Source of the DNA: a virus
IMG/VR virus record: IMGVR_UViG_3300042934_000125
Span: 2,886-66,885 of that record
Reading direction: 5' to 3' (one strand)
DNA: 64,000 nt
Below the pieces are notes generated by a model. It was not told the DNA's origin, did no database searches, and saw nothing but the letters and a program-made list of their open reading frames with translations. Of the stretch, positions 10,481-19,615 are shown in pieces. Position numbers and translations under genes: made by a program. The number at the start of each line of letters is the position of its first letter. The first letter of the stretch is position 1.

Positions 10481-11116
10481 TTAGATCACCAACGCTTTCC
10501 CGACAGGTAACAAGTCTGGATTTTTGATTCCGTTCTTGTCCGCAAGTTCTTTATACCGAGAACCAGTGCCATAGAACTTTTTCGCCAAGTCCCAGAGCGT
10601 GTCTCCTGCTTTCGTCGTATAGGTTGTTGGTGCTACACTTTCAACAGGACGATTAGTTCCTGAAGCCGTAGACGCCTCGATAAGCGATTTCTTTTTAACG
10701 AACCTGTATTCAGTCAGGTCTAAGGTGAAATACACGTCTCCAGTACCGTCACGCTCCCCATATGAGAAGTTCTCGATACTGAAAGCCATGTTGATAGCTT
10801 CTTTACGTGCATTACCTGAAGTAATGATCAATCTCATAGGTCTTCCGCTTTCCTTCCACCGCTCGATCAGGTCTACACACTCGTAAGGTTCAGGGAAGGT
10901 CGAATACGAACAGAAAGGATATACTTGATTGGGGAAGAAGGTATAGATTGAGATACGGGCAAGAGTGCCCTTACCAATCAAACCTACCTCACCCAGATTA
11001 TTTACATTGATCGTATTGATTTGATTGCCCTTTGTGATCTGAAAGTCTGAAGGTACGACAGGTAATGCCAGTACTTCCGCTTGATTGTTAAAACTTAACC
11101 AGAACTCTACTGCCAT
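10481..11116 (-). CDS. LysM-domain tail tube initiator (XkdP-like)
   Basis: LPVVP N-terminus, GDVYFTLDL.EYR, C-terminal LysM (GDTLWDLAKKFYG...NGIKNP). Confidence 0.9.
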   Translation of the reverse strand: MAVEFWLSFNNQAEVLALPVVPSDFQITKGNQINTINVNNLGEVGLIGKGTLARISIYTFFPNQVYPFCSYSTFPEPYECVDLIERWKESGRPMRLIITSGNARKEAINMAFSIENFSYGERDGTGDVYFTLDLTEYRFVKKKSLIEASTASGTNRPVESVAPTTYTTKAGDTLWDLAKKFYGTGSRYKELADKNGIKNPDLLPVGKALVI

Positions 11117-12849
11117 TACTTCACACCTCCACCGTAGTTCATTCTTGTAGCAGTCAATCTCGTCACGAACTTGTCAACGATCTTGTCAATGTCAGCCTCT
11201 TCACGGACGATTACTGTATCAGCCAATTTAGCGATATTGATATTCCCGCCCCCGCCTTTACCTTGACTAACCTCTTGCTTCGTCAGGAGCCTTTCTCCTT
11301 CGTGCGCCATGATTGGGTAATTATCATGAGGAACACGCGGTACGCCAATCGCTCTCGGCTTCAAATATCGACTCTGTACTAACTCGTCATCTGGTGGTAA
11401 CGATGTCGTTTTTCGAGGATCAAGAGACGGAACAAGAACCTTATGAATCTTTTGCAGTAAGCTGTCAGACGAGTTGATGTCTGAGAAAGGATTTAGCGGG
11501 TCAAAGACAGAACCTTCACCTTTCGCTTTCATCTGATTATCTGTAGCCTTGATAACCGCTCCACTTGTTACTAATGCCCCACCTAATGCTCCCCACGGTC
11601 CCGCAACTGCTCCACCAATCGCTCCACCCGCTAAGGTAGAAAGGATAGGATGCTTAGCAATTTGCTCCTCTAAACCGTCAATGATACCCTGTCCCATACG
11701 ACCTCCAAGTTTCTTGGCTGTGTCGATGATGATAGGAGAATTTTTATCAATGCTGTTTGCAAGGAATCGAGTGAACTTCTCAGATACCGAGTAGATAGCT
11801 TCACTTCCACCTTTTGCATACCATTCATCGAATGTATCTTTAAGGTCTTGGAATACAAAAGCTGTCTTTGCTTCGATTGTGTCAAGTTTCGTGAACTCGG
11901 GATTATTCAGATAGTGTCGTTTGACATAGCTTGCTACTTGCTCAAACCGTCTCAGCATACCGTCAGCCACTCTGTTTGTCACAGAAGCGATTCTATCTCC
12001 CCATCGCTTGATCGTATCGCCGTTATTGTTAATCCACTTATTCAGTTCAAGGAACCGTGGACGTAGCGCATTAGCGATACCATTACCGAATTGAATCAGA
12101 ATCTTACTGTCAAAGGTATCTTTCATAGTTGACCATAAACCTTGTAACGTCTGACTCTGCTTCTTCATCATGTCAGGGAACTTTTTGTTCATCCCCTCGA
12201 TGAGAGTATCGATTGCCTTATCCGCAGGAATTAAGCCTTTTTCAGATAGTTTCATGACCTGAGCAACCGTAAGTCCCATCTTATCAGCTAACAATTGCCA
12301 AGCGGGGATACCTGCTTCAGTTAACTGTAGCATCTCATCGCCTTGTACTTTCTGCTTCGCCTTGATTTGACCGAGAGCAAGCGTGATTCTATCGATACCC
12401 GCCGCACCCAAACCCAGACCAGACGCGGCATTACCTACGGCTGTCATCATAGGGATAACAGACTTAGCCTCGAACCCGAATGCAAGCAACTTTTTAGACG
12501 CATCTCGCACTTGCGGCAACTCAAAAGGAGTCGTATTTGCAAATACAGACAAGTCCTCAAGGAACGTCTTTGCTTTATCGGCACTTCCAAGCATCGTTTC
12601 AAACGCGATAGAAGCCTGTTCTGCGTCACTGGAAAGTTTCAACGCACGAGAAGCCACCGCATATGCTCCAAGCGCACCAACGCCCGCTATAATAGCAGAG
12701 TTCATACTTAGGAACTTACTTGTTACCGTACCGATACCGCTACCGACTCTCCCCAATGCATCCCGCAGACCGCTTGTTTCACGCGAAGCCCTCCGCAACA
12801 CGTCAGACATATTATCCCGAAGCGTAATAATTGCACCCAAATCTAACAT
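11116..12849 (-). CDS. Tape measure protein
   Basis: Ala/Gly-rich helical; FETMLGS...FANTTPFE...QLTEAGIP TMP domain; follows tail chaperones. Confidence 0.9.
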   Translation of the reverse strand: MLDLGAIITLRDNMSDVLRRASRETSGLRDALGRVGSGIGTVTSKFLSMNSAIIAGVGALGAYAVASRALKLSSDAEQASIAFETMLGSADKAKTFLEDLSVFANTTPFELPQVRDASKKLLAFGFEAKSVIPMMTAVGNAASGLGLGAAGIDRITLALGQIKAKQKVQGDEMLQLTEAGIPAWQLLADKMGLTVAQVMKLSEKGLIPADKAIDTLIEGMNKKFPDMMKKQSQTLQGLWSTMKDTFDSKILIQFGNGIANALRPRFLELNKWINNNGDTIKRWGDRIASVTNRVADGMLRRFEQVASYVKRHYLNNPEFTKLDTIEAKTAFVFQDLKDTFDEWYAKGGSEAIYSVSEKFTRFLANSIDKNSPIIIDTAKKLGGRMGQGIIDGLEEQIAKHPILSTLAGGAIGGAVAGPWGALGGALVTSGAVIKATDNQMKAKGEGSVFDPLNPFSDINSSDSLLQKIHKVLVPSLDPRKTTSLPPDDELVQSRYLKPRAIGVPRVPHDNYPIMAHEGERLLTKQEVSQGKGGGGNINIAKLADTVIVREEADIDKIVDKFVTRLTATRMNYGGGVK

Positions 12850-13016
12850 TAATCCTCACCCCCAGTTGTTCCATACTCTTCATCCATTTCAATTTCGAAA
12901 AATGCCTGAAGGATGATTTGTTCACCCCTCGGCATCGAATAAAAGACTGATGGACGTAATGCACGTTTCTTCCAGTTCCAATACATCATCTGCATTTGTC
13001 CATCAGTCTTTATTAG
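12849..13016 (-). CDS. Tail assembly chaperone GT extension (reached by -1 frameshift)
   Basis: The -1 frame is open from the A AAA AAC slippery site: LIKTDGQMQMMYWNWKKRALRPSVFYSMPRGEQIILQAFFEIEMDEEYGTTGGED*; its stop overlaps the TMP ATG. Confidence 0.8.
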   Translation of the reverse strand, partial: LIKTDGQMQMMYWNWKKRALRPSVFYSMPRGEQIILQAFFEIEMDEEYGTTGGED

Positions 13017-13411
13017 TTTTTTACTTCTTGTACCGAACCCTCATCAAAACCACTCATCTCAGAAATGGCAAGATACAGATTAGCAATTTCGCCACCAAGT
13101 AAGAGTTTTTTAACCAACTCTTTAGGAGTCTCTGCTCCATATCTCTCCCGAAGTGCTTTGTCCTTCAGGTTAGGAGATACAACACCCTCAAGGAGTGCGA
13201 AGACATGGATATCTGTTTGAGATGCATTGTCACCAACATTCTCCTGTACTCGTTCGAATTGCTCCCCGCTCAAGCCCTCTACTGTAAAGATAACATCTGT
13301 ACCCGCATACTCAGAAAGGGATTTAATACGAACCTCTTTACGTTGCTTTTTCACTTTACCTGCGTCTACACCGAGAAGAATATCCAATACGTTTGCTTTT
13401 GCCTTTGTCAT
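13013..13411 (-). CDS. Tail assembly chaperone (XkdN-like)
   Basis: P.LKD..L...YGA.TP.ELVKKLLL.GEI...SGF motif; between tube and TMP. Confidence 0.9.
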   Translation of the reverse strand: MTKAKANVLDILLGVDAGKVKKQRKEVRIKSLSEYAGTDVIFTVEGLSGEQFERVQENVGDNASQTDIHVFALLEGVVSPNLKDKALRERYGAETPKELVKKLLLGGEIANLYLAISEMSGFDEGSVQEVKN

Positions 13412-13445
13412 TTTAATAGCCTCCTAATTTTTATGTTTATACAAG

Positions 13446-13478
13446 AAAAAGGGACTATGTAGAGTATACATAGCCCCG
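13446..13478 (-). terminator. Terminator after tail tube gene
   Basis: GGGGCTATGTA-loop-TACATAGTCCC then TTTTT on the minus strand. Confidence 0.8.
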
Positions 13479-13484
13479 ACTTGC

Positions 13485-13916
13485 TTAGTTGATCGAATCC
13501 AATAGATCATAATCCTCGAATGTGAACGGCATGTCCACTTCAAGCACTTTCTTTGGTTCGAAATCGATTAGTGTAAGATCATCGAACGATACGTAACGAA
13601 GAACTACACGCTCAGAACCAAGTGCGTCTGGGTCAGAGAGTTTAGAGATGATTGTGAAACGCACATCTCGACCTTCCTTAACCATTTGACGGACTTTGTT
13701 CGCTACACGGCTGTTCACTTTGAAGAGTTTCAAAGAACCCTTACCGTCCCAACCGATTACCTTTGTACCTGTACCAGTCTTCCCCGCCTGATTAACATCC
13801 TCTTTACGGAAGTTGACTTTAGCTTGCAGACCTTTTTGCTCTGCGAACTTCTCATCATCTACCCAAACTTCCCCGAAGGAACCGTTAATGGCTTGTGTCG
13901 GTCTGAAGTTTTCCAT
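13485..13916 (-). CDS. Tail tube protein (XkdM-like)
   Basis: INGSFGEVW, ISKLSDPDALGSERV, PFTFEDY motifs. Confidence 0.92.
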   Translation of the reverse strand: MENFRPTQAINGSFGEVWVDDEKFAEQKGLQAKVNFRKEDVNQAGKTGTGTKVIGWDGKGSLKLFKVNSRVANKVRQMVKEGRDVRFTIISKLSDPDALGSERVVLRYVSFDDLTLIDFEPKKVLEVDMPFTFEDYDLLDSIN

Positions 13917-13934
13917 TGTGCCTTACCTCCTTTA

Positions 13935-15005
13935 TTAGATAGTCAGTCCGAGTGTAATGTCTTCGATTGCATCAAGAGGTTGTACTGCCCCACCTAAGAA
14001 CACTTTGTCATTGGTGTTAGCCTCTTTTATTTGTTGCTCAGTCAACTTCTCTACGTCTACTCCAACGGACTGCAAGTATACGCGCTGTGCAACAATATCA
14101 ATCGATACATCATTCTTGCCAACGTCCAACAGACCCTCAAGTTCCAGTTGCAACAGGTAGCCCTTAATTGCATTGATCAGGAGTACTTTATTGTCGTAGC
14201 TGTTAGCGAATTTACCGATATAGGAATCCTCTGCCGTAGCTTTAATGTCCGTATAGATCAGGTCAAGAATGTCAACGATCTTGATTTTCTTCCAATCCGC
14301 GGGCTTCGCTTGAGAGGTAGTAGTCAAGCTGTTTACTGCTCTACCTACTTTTACTTTCTCACCATCGTGGAAGATTACGAACTCTCCTGCATCGATTCGC
14401 GTATTCAGAGCATCGAATGTTACACGCTCAACGTCCGTTACTTCAGGTAATGTCTGATAAGTAGCGGAGATAGTCAGCGGTGTACCTGCCAATAGACCTG
14501 CGATACGAGTCGAATAAGACACTGGAGTGTAGGTCTTTTCTCCTACTTTGATGCCTGTGGATGTGAAGTTGATGATGCCTTCGTAATCACCTGCCGTAAG
14601 AGGTAGAACGATTTTTGACTTTCGTCCAAGGTTATCACGAATCTTCTTAATCCAAGCTACAACCGCTGTCTGCTGAGTTGTCTTGTCATAAGCAGGAATA
14701 GCCATGTAATCAAATTTAACAGTCTCGAAATAGTTAAATGCTACGTCATAGTTTGTAGCCGCCGCCGCAAGGACGTAGACGATAACTTTTTGAGGAGCAT
14801 TTGCACCACCCAAGAATGCAAGATCGATCTGTTCAGCGTTAGATGCTGAGAAACCTACAGGCTTATCGGCAGTTCCAAGCAACGTGTAAGCACCAGTAGT
14901 TACCCCGTCATCCTTGATGATTAGCGCGACGATACCACGTTCAGACCGCTGAATAGCGGAGATAGCCGCTGATGTAAAGTTAATAGAGATTTTTGGCAAT
15001 CCCAT
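13935..15005 (-). CDS. Tail sheath protein (XkdK-like)
   Basis: MGLP.I.I.F...A.SAIQRSERGIVALI, RAVNSLTT, YIGK..NSYDNK motifs. Confidence 0.92.
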   Translation of the reverse strand: MGLPKISINFTSAAISAIQRSERGIVALIIKDDGVTTGAYTLLGTADKPVGFSASNAEQIDLAFLGGANAPQKVIVYVLAAAATNYDVAFNYFETVKFDYMAIPAYDKTTQQTAVVAWIKKIRDNLGRKSKIVLPLTAGDYEGIINFTSTGIKVGEKTYTPVSYSTRIAGLLAGTPLTISATYQTLPEVTDVERVTFDALNTRIDAGEFVIFHDGEKVKVGRAVNSLTTTSQAKPADWKKIKIVDILDLIYTDIKATAEDSYIGKFANSYDNKVLLINAIKGYLLQLELEGLLDVGKNDVSIDIVAQRVYLQSVGVDVEKLTEQQIKEANTNDKVFLGGAVQPLDAIEDITLGLTI

Positions 15006-15019
15006 AGTTAATACCCCCT

Positions 15020-15472
15020 TTAAATTAATTCATCGAATGGGAAGATTATCTCACCCATAGGTTCTTGTTCTTCCTCTTTTGGAATTTCAAAGTAATTTGT
15101 GATGTACAGATCAATATCCATGTACACCTCTCCGTCCCGAAAATCTGTTCTAAGGCTTGTGATCTTTGCCTTTCGATCAGTAGTCACTATCGGAATGATC
15201 ATCCCATTAAATATGCCTTTGATCTTGCCTACTTCAGCAAGTTGCGTGTCAATGTCGGCAAAATCATACTCTGTCAACGGACTAAAGAAGACTACCTGAA
15301 AACTCATCGTTTCCATGCGCCAATCTTTATTCATTTCGTCCGTATCTCCTGTCACATATTGGATGAAAAAGGATGGTCTTTCGAAGTGTTGTGGGACTTT
15401 TTGATAGTAGATAGGTGCATATGTATATACATCTGAAATCATCTTAGCTATCGAATTAAAGATATTTTTCAT
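15020..15472 (-). CDS. Tail terminator/completion protein
   Basis: VPQ.FERPSFFI motif; precedes sheath. Confidence 0.75.
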   Translation of the reverse strand: MKNIFNSIAKMISDVYTYAPIYYQKVPQHFERPSFFIQYVTGDTDEMNKDWRMETMSFQVVFFSPLTEYDFADIDTQLAEVGKIKGIFNGMIIPIVTTDRKAKITSLRTDFRDGEVYMDIDLYITNYFEIPKEEEQEPMGEIIFPFDELI

Positions 15473-15963
15473 TCCCCAAACACCTCATTCAGTACTGTCC
15501 TCATAAAATGCTCGACATCTTCACGAATCTTCGGAAGTGCCGTTCTTCTTGCTTTCTCTACGAACTTCTTACCCTCTACGAAACGCGCTGTAAGCATCAT
15601 TCCTTGACCGTTATTATGCGGATATGGTATGTACTGAAAGGTTCCGTTAGATTGCCATCTGCCAGGGACAAAACGCCGTGTCTGCCTGTGACCGTCATTG
15701 ACCATCTTAGCGTACTCGACGTTTGATCCTACCGTGACTGTGTAAGGAGTTGTCTTCTTCACTTGCCAACTATCTCGCAAGCGTCCTGTATCGACGATGT
15801 TGAGACGTGTGATTGTTTCCTTTATCTCGGATTTGAAGATTTCGCCCATTCTCATAAGCTGTTCCTCTCGTAATTCAGGGAGGATATCTCCGATAATGTG
15901 CTTTACTCTTTGCTCGAACTCAGCCCAACTCCGAGACAGGTTAACCCGCCGATCATATGCCAT
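15469..15963 (-). CDS. HK97 gp10-like tail completion protein
   Basis: VDTGRLRDSW, GSNVEYA..VN.GH motifs. Confidence 0.85.
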   Translation of the reverse strand: MAYDRRVNLSRSWAEFEQRVKHIIGDILPELREEQLMRMGEIFKSEIKETITRLNIVDTGRLRDSWQVKKTTPYTVTVGSNVEYAKMVNDGHRQTRRFVPGRWQSNGTFQYIPYPHNNGQGMMLTARFVEGKKFVEKARRTALPKIREDVEHFMRTVLNEVFGE

Positions 15964-15966
15964 GAT

Positions 15967-16275
15967 CTACACATCCTTTTTGAGAACGATATCGGTTTCT
16001 GAGTGATTTCTATAGTGCATAGTGGCACTCTCTACCACGTAATACCATCCTCCAATCATGAGAACATCATTAGGTTGAAAGATTACGCCTCGTTTGGCAT
16101 ATACTCGATACCGTTGTACGTCCTGATAATGACCGTTAAGGCTTGATACAGACAAATTACGTCTGCTGATATTAACTTTTACAGAGGATACGTACATAAG
16201 CTGTGTTGTCTGCCTATTGAACTCTCCCCGCTCGACAGTATTCTTGTAGATGTCGCAATCTTGTGTGTATAACAT
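15967..16275 (-). CDS. Head closure/stopper protein
   Basis: Size, beta-rich sequence and position in the neck module. Confidence 0.6.
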   Translation of the reverse strand: MLYTQDCDIYKNTVERGEFNRQTTQLMYVSSVKVNISRRNLSVSSLNGHYQDVQRYRVYAKRGVIFQPNDVLMIGGWYYVVESATMHYRNHSETDIVLKKDV

Positions 16276-16598
16276 TAGATCACCCGCATCTTCCTATAAC
16301 GATATAGACGATTTTTGATGTCCACAGGAATGTCATCAGAATATGAAGTGTTCTTGTCTCCTTGTCCTTCGGATTTAAACCCTTCTGCACCTCTTCGGTT
16401 ATACCTGTAAACTACCAAGTCCTCCAATGCACTCTCAAGTTCTTCAGGGAAGATATCCTCCCCGTTTTCATCCTTAAACTTATCATTACAGAACACTTTA
16501 ATATCTTTTTCGGCTTTATCGACCAGTAGAGGCAGGAGAACATTATCAGAAACACCAAGAAGCGTAAATACATTACTTAGGATTGCTTCTTTGTTCAT
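16275..16598 (-). CDS. Head-tail adaptor (SPP1 gp15-like)
   Basis: YNRRGAEG.KSE...SY.DDIP...L.RYRK motif. Confidence 0.85.
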   Translation of the reverse strand: MNKEAILSNVFTLLGVSDNVLLPLLVDKAEKDIKVFCNDKFKDENGEDIFPEELESALEDLVVYRYNRRGAEGFKSEGQGDKNTSYSDDIPVDIKNRLYRYRKMRVI

Positions 16599-16610
16599 AT
16601 CTACCCCTCC

Positions 16611-16814
16611 TTATTTAACTACTCGAACTCCTGTTACATTTTTCAGGAACTCAATTACCTTCTCATCATTAGTTTCGTAAGTACCTTTTCGGAACTGTAC
16701 GTCTACTGCAGGAACGAAAAGATATGGATTATCATGCTCAAACTTTACGACTCCCTTTACCTCTGCTTTCACTTCTACTTCTTTAGCTTCGACCGCTTTT
16801 TGTCCTCTTGCCAT
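16611..16814 (-). CDS. Small head-associated protein
   Basis: VQF..G.YET.D..VI..L motif commonly follows major capsid genes; strong RBS. Confidence 0.55.
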   Translation of the reverse strand: MARGQKAVEAKEVEVKAEVKGVVKFEHDNPYLFVPAVDVQFRKGTYETNDEKVIEFLKNVTGVRVVK

Positions 16815-16840
16815 CGTCTTATTCCTCCTATTTTAGATAA

Positions 16841-16882
16841 AAATAAAAGAGGGTGAGAGAATAGTAATTATTCCCCACCCTC
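16841..16882 (-). terminator. Terminator after major capsid gene
   Basis: GAGGGTG...CACCCTC stem followed by TTTT. Confidence 0.8.
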
Positions 16883-16918
16883 GATTTATATCACAACTCC
16901 ACCAACGGAGCACCGATA

Positions 16919-17821
16919 TTACTTCGTGATACCAACAATCTTGAATCCTGCTTTGGAGTTCAGGAGTTTGATTGTTTGCTCAGCTACAACGTGACCTTTG
17001 GAGTAGTCACCAGTTTTAGCCAAGTCTTCGTAGAAAGGAGAACGAAGTTCTGCAATTTCCACATAGTCCATATCAACGCCCAGAATTTGACCAGTAGGCA
17101 TCCAACGGTTTAGAACCAAGTTGATGATACCGAAGTCTGTATCAAATTGAGTTACTTTGATACCCAATTTGTTCTCGCCCGCGTTAGCGATGATACGAGA
17201 AGAATTGGAATCCTTCAGCAATGCGTTAACGATACGTTTCTCACCTGCGTTCAGGAATGCAACGTACTCGCCTTGTGCGCCCGCTGTCCAAACTTTTTGC
17301 ATAGCGTCAAGGAAAGTGTTCTCAGTCAGTTGACCTGCAACTGCATCGTCGGACACGTCCTCTACGTTAGCTACCAAGTTCAGCAAACCGTTCATTTGAC
17401 GAGGAGTTGCTCCCGCTTCAAGTGCATACGTTCCGTTTAGGAAGTAGTACTCAGCGTCACGTTTCATCTCAATCAAACGATCATTTACCTCAGCGATGAA
17501 CTCATCTCCCAAACCTTTAGCCGCAAGAGCGCGGACAGTACCAGAAACGGATACTACTTTCTCAAGGATTTGGTTGATGTTTGTTTTCATAGTACGAGTG
17601 GATTGAATCTCTGTACCTGCTTCAGCACCCTCAAGTTTCAAAGTACCGCGTACAGCATTCAATTCCTTTTCACGCCAAGACACCGTAATGTCAGCGGCAG
17701 GAACGATTGCTCCACGACCTGCAAGCATTGTGTATAGTGGAGTATCAGTTGGAGACAAAAGAGCGATTTCGTTCTTCAGATCAAGCAACTCTCCATCAAG
17801 AAAAGAACCATATTTCTTCAT
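16919..17821 (-). CDS. Major capsid protein (SU10/DUF5309-like)
   Basis: P.DTPL, N..QI.EK.V.VSGT, TDFG, LAKTGD motifs; follows scaffold. Confidence 0.88.
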   Translation of the reverse strand: MKKYGSFLDGELLDLKNEIALLSPTDTPLYTMLAGRGAIVPAADITVSWREKELNAVRGTLKLEGAEAGTEIQSTRTMKTNINQILEKVVSVSGTVRALAAKGLGDEFIAEVNDRLIEMKRDAEYYFLNGTYALEAGATPRQMNGLLNLVANVEDVSDDAVAGQLTENTFLDAMQKVWTAGAQGEYVAFLNAGEKRIVNALLKDSNSSRIIANAGENKLGIKVTQFDTDFGIINLVLNRWMPTGQILGVDMDYVEIAELRSPFYEDLAKTGDYSKGHVVAEQTIKLLNSKAGFKIVGITK

Positions 17822-17859
17822 TTTTTATTTCCCCCTTATGTGGTAACTCAGATTAGTTT

Positions 17860-18570
17860 TTATTCCTTAGCGGCGAACCGCGCTTTAAGCATATCTTTGA
17901 CCGAACCTTTTTCTTTGGCTTGATCATAAGCAGTTGGTGGAGTGTTATTTCCCTTTTGTTGGTTACTTGGAGACTTACCTTTAAGGAACTCAGTTTTGAA
18001 ATCCTCAACTTTCTTGTCTACCAAACTGTCTACAATCTTCTTAGTGGCTTTGACTTGTTTTTTTAGTGTCTCGTTACGAACATCCTCATCCTCTACACCG
18101 AGTAATGCGGATACGTCGATAAGATCACGGAAACCTAAGTCAAGACCTTCTTCGTTGATATAATCAACAAGATTGTATTTCAATTCCTTGACTGCCGCGT
18201 CACGGAGTTTAGCATCGATTGCTCTTTGCTTCTCAGCTTCTTCAGCTACACGTTTTTCATCTTCAGTCATTTTTTCCTTCGCTTGTTTAGCTTGGAAATC
18301 TGCTGTCAGCTTGTCGGTTGTCTTTTTAATGGCATCCGTTACACGCTTGTCTGCAATCGACTGTAGTTGAGATTCAAAATCCTTTTCAAGCCCGTGTTCT
18401 TTCAGGATATCTTCAAGCGACTTCTTAGTACCCCCGTCTTGGTTGTCCTTAGCGTCTTTCTTTTCAGTTCCAGATTGATCACTTTTGCTTTCTCCACCTT
18501 CGCCACCGTCAGCCGCGAACATTTGAAGAAAACCGAATTTACCGAATTGATCTGCTAATTTGCGTTTCAT
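17860..18570 (-). CDS. Capsid scaffolding protein (DUF4355-like)
   Basis: LQMFA N-terminal motif, charged coiled coil, DKRVT.A, LKGKSP. Confidence 0.85.
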   Translation of the reverse strand: MKRKLADQFGKFGFLQMFAADGGEGGESKSDQSGTEKKDAKDNQDGGTKKSLEDILKEHGLEKDFESQLQSIADKRVTDAIKKTTDKLTADFQAKQAKEKMTEDEKRVAEEAEKQRAIDAKLRDAAVKELKYNLVDYINEEGLDLGFRDLIDVSALLGVEDEDVRNETLKKQVKATKKIVDSLVDKKVEDFKTEFLKGKSPSNQQKGNNTPPTAYDQAKEKGSVKDMLKARFAAKE

Positions 18571-18634
18571 TCTCTTACCTCCATTTTTAAGTTACTTCGT
18601 TTCAGCCCCTCAGGAGTTGCCTCACGTTGTCCCT

Positions 18635-18670
18635 TCATAACATATTACCTGCGACGATTTTAGGCGTAGC
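18635..18670 (-). promoter_or_regulatory. Putative late promoter (scaffold/capsid operon)
   Basis: GCTAC-N16-GGTAATATGTTATGA; same architecture at 21055 and 29447. Confidence 0.55.
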
Positions 18671-18703
18671 AACAAACAGACAAAAAAAAATAGCCCCGAA
18701 GGA

Positions 18704-19615
18704 CTATTCTTCTTGTTTAGGGATATTATCTTGTTGAGTAGCCCTCCATGCCTGAAAATCACGACTCGCTCTGATACGATCTCTAATAGAGTTTGCTCGT
18801 GCGTCTTGTGCTTCAGGTACGATGACTACAGGTGCGTATGTGCATCTACAATGAGGATGTCTTGGCAATATCGGATGTTCATCAATTGGAAACTCCTTAA
18901 GATGGCTTTTGCCGCAAATCTCGCACGTCCGTTCAGATGGTACAGTGGCAAGATACTTGATCCGTTGGATGTTGTTCGCTTTCATTGCCTTGATCTCAGC
19001 CGTGTAGGTGATACGCATCATCTCAGTACGTGCAATCCTTACCGCGTTAGCGTGACCAACGTCCGTTGCCTTGTTAATGTTTCGGGCAAGTGTGTCCATT
19101 GAGTCACCACGGATGAGGCTTTGTGTAATTTCCTGCCGCAATGTTTTCATGAGCAACGTCTTATTGTCCCAGATTCGATCTGAGAACATATCACCCATCC
19201 ACGGATAGTTGACTGCCTCACGAATCAGTTTGGGGTTAAGAAGAGCATATGAGGTTGATACGTTCATATGTTGACCCATCGTGAATATCGTCCGCAAATG
19301 ACTTTCTATGTATCGAGAAGTCATTGCTGAGGTAACAAGCCGAACCTGATTCCCGCTAAGTGCGGATAACTGCTCATTGATCTGACTGAATAGTCCTGTG
19401 AGACGATTATACTTGGATGCTTCAGCTAACGTCCACTCACTCATATTCTCCCGCAAGTCCATGATCTGAACTTTGATGTCCCTTGCCACCTTGCGGTATT
19501 CCTGCTTCATTCTCTTTTCGAGACGTTCTGAATCAGCGAAGGCAGAGGCGTTATTATCAAGAACGTTCCTCTGCACATCATTGATTATCGCCCCGCGCTC
19601 CGCGCTTGTAGGCAT
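18704..19615 (-). CDS. Minor head protein (SPP1 gp7/MuF-like)
   Basis: FSDRIW.NK, RIARTE, ERTC..C, P.HP.CRC motifs. Confidence 0.9.
   Translation of the reverse strand: MPTSAERGAIINDVQRNVLDNNASAFADSERLEKRMKQEYRKVARDIKVQIMDLRENMSEWTLAEASKYNRLTGLFSQINEQLSALSGNQVRLVTSAMTSRYIESHLRTIFTMGQHMNVSTSYALLNPKLIREAVNYPWMGDMFSDRIWDNKTLLMKTLRQEITQSLIRGDSMDTLARNINKATDVGHANAVRIARTEMMRITYTAEIKAMKANNIQRIKYLATVPSERTCEICGKSHLKEFPIDEHPILPRHPHCRCTYAPVVIVPEAQDARANSIRDRIRASRDFQAWRATQQDNIPKQEE

Noticed and set aside
12775-12790. parS-like TGTTTCACGCGAAGCC
   Set aside because: Three mismatches to the Bacillus parS consensus, broken symmetry, and inside the TMP coding sequence
4868-15005. Tail module as a PBSX-like tailocin
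   Set aside because: Complete head, packaging and replication modules are present, so this is a full phage
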